A stretch of 64,000 nucleotides of DNA, taken from positions 288,001 to 352,000 of the forward strand of contig CAVOVB010000007.1 in NCBI GenBank assembly GCA_963699755.1. The letters are read 5' to 3'. Each line of letters opens with the position of its first letter. Position 1 is the stretch's first letter. This stretch comes from an uncultured delta proteobacterium (GTDB taxonomy: Bacteria; Myxococcota_A; Polyangia; Polyangiales; Houyiibacteriaceae). The notes beneath the pieces are model-generated. The model was not told the DNA's origin. It was given only the letters and a program-made list of their open reading frames with translations, and did not search any database. Positions 62,173 through 64,000 of this stretch are shown piece after piece. The position numbers were made by a program, and so were the translations under genes.

Positions 62173-63642
62173 CTACCGAAGCCCCTCGAGGAAACGCACC
62201 CCCGTCGCAACGCCAAAGCCCGTGCCCCCTTTGGGCAAGCGTCCATGTGCGCGCTCGATGAAGGCAGGCCCGGCGATGTCGAGGTGCATCCACTTGGTGT
62301 CGCCGACGAACTCCTTGAGAAAGAGCGCCGCTGTGATCGAGCCGCCGTAGCGACCGCCGATGTGTTTCAAATCGGCGATCGAGCTTTTGAGGGTGGAGCG
62401 CAACTCCGAATCCAGAGGCAATCGCCACAGCGATTCGCCCTCACCCTCGGAAGCGTCGAGGTACTTCGAAGCAAGTTTGTCGTCATCGGTGTAGAGCGCC
62501 GCGCGCCAGGGGCCAAGTGCCACCATGCATGCCCCGGTCAAGGTCGCGTGGTCGATCATCAGGTCGGGTTTGAGCTTGCGTGCCGCCCAAGTGAGCACGT
62601 CAGCGAGCACCAAGCGGCCCTCAGCATCGGTGTTGATCACCTCGACGGTCTTGCCCTCCAACGACGTGTACACGTCGCCGGGCCGGTACGCCTTGGCGCC
62701 GGTCATGTTCTCGGTGGAGCCGATGACCGCGTGTACCTCGACGGGAAGCTTGAGACGCGCCGCTGCAAACACGATGCCAAGCGTCGTCGCGGCGCCGGCC
62801 ATATCACACTTCATGTCGGCCATGGAAGCAGCCGGCTTGATACAGAGGCCCCCCGCGTCGAAGGTGAGGCCTTTCCCGACGAACACGACCTTCTTCTTTG
62901 GGCGCGCGGGCTTGTACACGACATGAATGACCCGTGGCTCAATAGCGCTGCCCCTGTTGACGGCGAGCAATAGGTTCATGCCCTCCTTTTCGATGCGCGC
63001 CTTGTTCCAGACCCGACAGGCCAGACCGAGCTTCCGCGACTCGCTCGAGGCGGCGCGCGCCAGGGTCACCGGGTTCAAGTCGTTGGGGGGCCGGTTGACG
63101 AGATCACGAGCGAAGTTGACGCTCTCGCCGATCGCTTTGCCTGCCCGAACCGCCGCCGTGAGGCCACGCCCGCCCTTCGGGGCGCCGACGATGAGCGCGG
63201 AGCGGAGAGTGGCAGCATCCGTCTTGTCGGTCTTGTATTCGGCGAAGCGATAGGCGCCGGCGATGAGACCCTGCGAGGCTGCGCGGACCGACTCGGCGTT
63301 GACGACAGGCAGCTCGAGCGCCGCGCTCTTCTGCGCGCGCGCTGCGGAAGCAACCGCGTGCCCGAGATTCCAGGCGACTTTCGCCGGGTCTTCTTCGTCA
63401 CCAACCCCGACGAGCAAGAGCCAGCGGGGCTTCACCTTGCCGGCGGTCGCGACTTTGAGGGTTTGTGAGGCCTTGCCGGTAAAGCGTTCGTCAGAAGCGA
63501 GTGGCTTGATGCTGCCCTTGCCCGTGACCGCTTCGATACCGCCCAGGGCTTTGTTGAGCATGGTCTTTCCCGACGGAACCGCGATCGCAACGATGTCGGC
63601 GGTCGATTTGTCCCAGGTGCGCTCGGAAAGTGAAATCTTCAT
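62173..63642 (-). CDS. pepA: Leucyl aminopeptidase (M17)
   Basis: GKGLTFDAGG, MKCDMAG, NTDAEGRL, ATLTGA, HLDIAG. Confidence 0.95.
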   Translation of the reverse strand: MKISLSERTWDKSTADIVAIAVPSGKTMLNKALGGIEAVTGKGSIKPLASDERFTGKASQTLKVATAGKVKPRWLLLVGVGDEEDPAKVAWNLGHAVASAARAQKSAALELPVVNAESVRAASQGLIAGAYRFAEYKTDKTDAATLRSALIVGAPKGGRGLTAAVRAGKAIGESVNFARDLVNRPPNDLNPVTLARAASSESRKLGLACRVWNKARIEKEGMNLLLAVNRGSAIEPRVIHVVYKPARPKKKVVFVGKGLTFDAGGLCIKPAASMADMKCDMAGAATTLGIVFAAARLKLPVEVHAVIGSTENMTGAKAYRPGDVYTSLEGKTVEVINTDAEGRLVLADVLTWAARKLKPDLMIDHATLTGACMVALGPWRAALYTDDDKLASKYLDASEGEGESLWRLPLDSELRSTLKSSIADLKHIGGRYGGSITAALFLKEFVGDTKWMHLDIAGPAFIERAHGRLPKGGTGFGVATGVRFLEGLR

Positions 63643-63847
63643 CTGGCTCCGTCCCCTTTGGTCGGCTGGATACTGACAGGAACTTGTGCGCCCAACAAAT
63701 CAAACCCGCGCCGACGGTCAGCTGGCGGCCGCCGTTGCCACGGCGGCGTTTCGCCAATTCGGGCGACCTAGATGCCCGGGATCACTTGGTCGAGCGCTGG
63801 CACTGCGTGTGCATCGAGCTCCTTTCTCATTCCAAGCAGGAGGAACG

Positions 63848-64000
63848 ATGCTCGAAGAGAACAAAGTGAAGATCGCTTACACCGTGGTGGAGCGGAATAA
63901 GGATGGACGGAAGTTTTGGGTGCGCGTGGGCGCGGCATTCGTCAACCGGGACGGAAGCCTGAACGTTCGACTCGACGCGATGCCGGTCAACGGAGAGCTG
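63848..64000 (+). CDS. Small conserved hypothetical protein, partial (runs off the edge)
   Basis: AGGAGG SD; MLEENKVKIAYTVVERNKDGRKFWVRVGAAFVNRDGSLNVRLDAMPVNGEL. Confidence 0.75.
   Translation, partial: MLEENKVKIAYTVVERNKDGRKFWVRVGAAFVNRDGSLNVRLDAMPVNGEL

Overview
High-GC bacterial chromosomal segment, most likely from a myxobacterium (Myxococcota, Polyangiales-like). That placement is an inference from a GltJ/AgmX-like protein, a Hanks-type kinase, many Cys-rich lipoproteins and an atypical EF-Tu. The core is the housekeeping block tRNA(Thr-Tyr-Gly-Thr)-tuf-rpmG-tRNA-Trp-secE-nusG-rplKAJL-rpoBC. Around it lie metabolic genes (hppA, fabD, sucA, etfBA, acyl-CoA dehydrogenase, rnr, deoA, pepA) and several accessory loci. 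I saw no IS elements, prophage, rRNA or CRISPR arrays. Main observations: (1) a DUF692 (MNIO)/DUF2063 RiPP cluster whose ExxCG-repeat precursor has a lipoprotein signal, sitting head-to-head with a lipoprotein gluzincin peptidase; (2) a 100-codon mini-pgi that keeps only the two ends of phosphoglucose isomerase in frame and stays translationally coupled to a polyphosphate-glucokinase-like gene; (3) a rhomboid lacking its catalytic residues inside a lipoprotein-rich operon; (4) a DUF58-transglutaminase-MoxR-TPR operon divergent from a GldAFG-like ABC/DUF4340 operon; (5) an EF-Tu with a rewritten switch-I region. All family calls come from motif recognition by eye; no database search was run.
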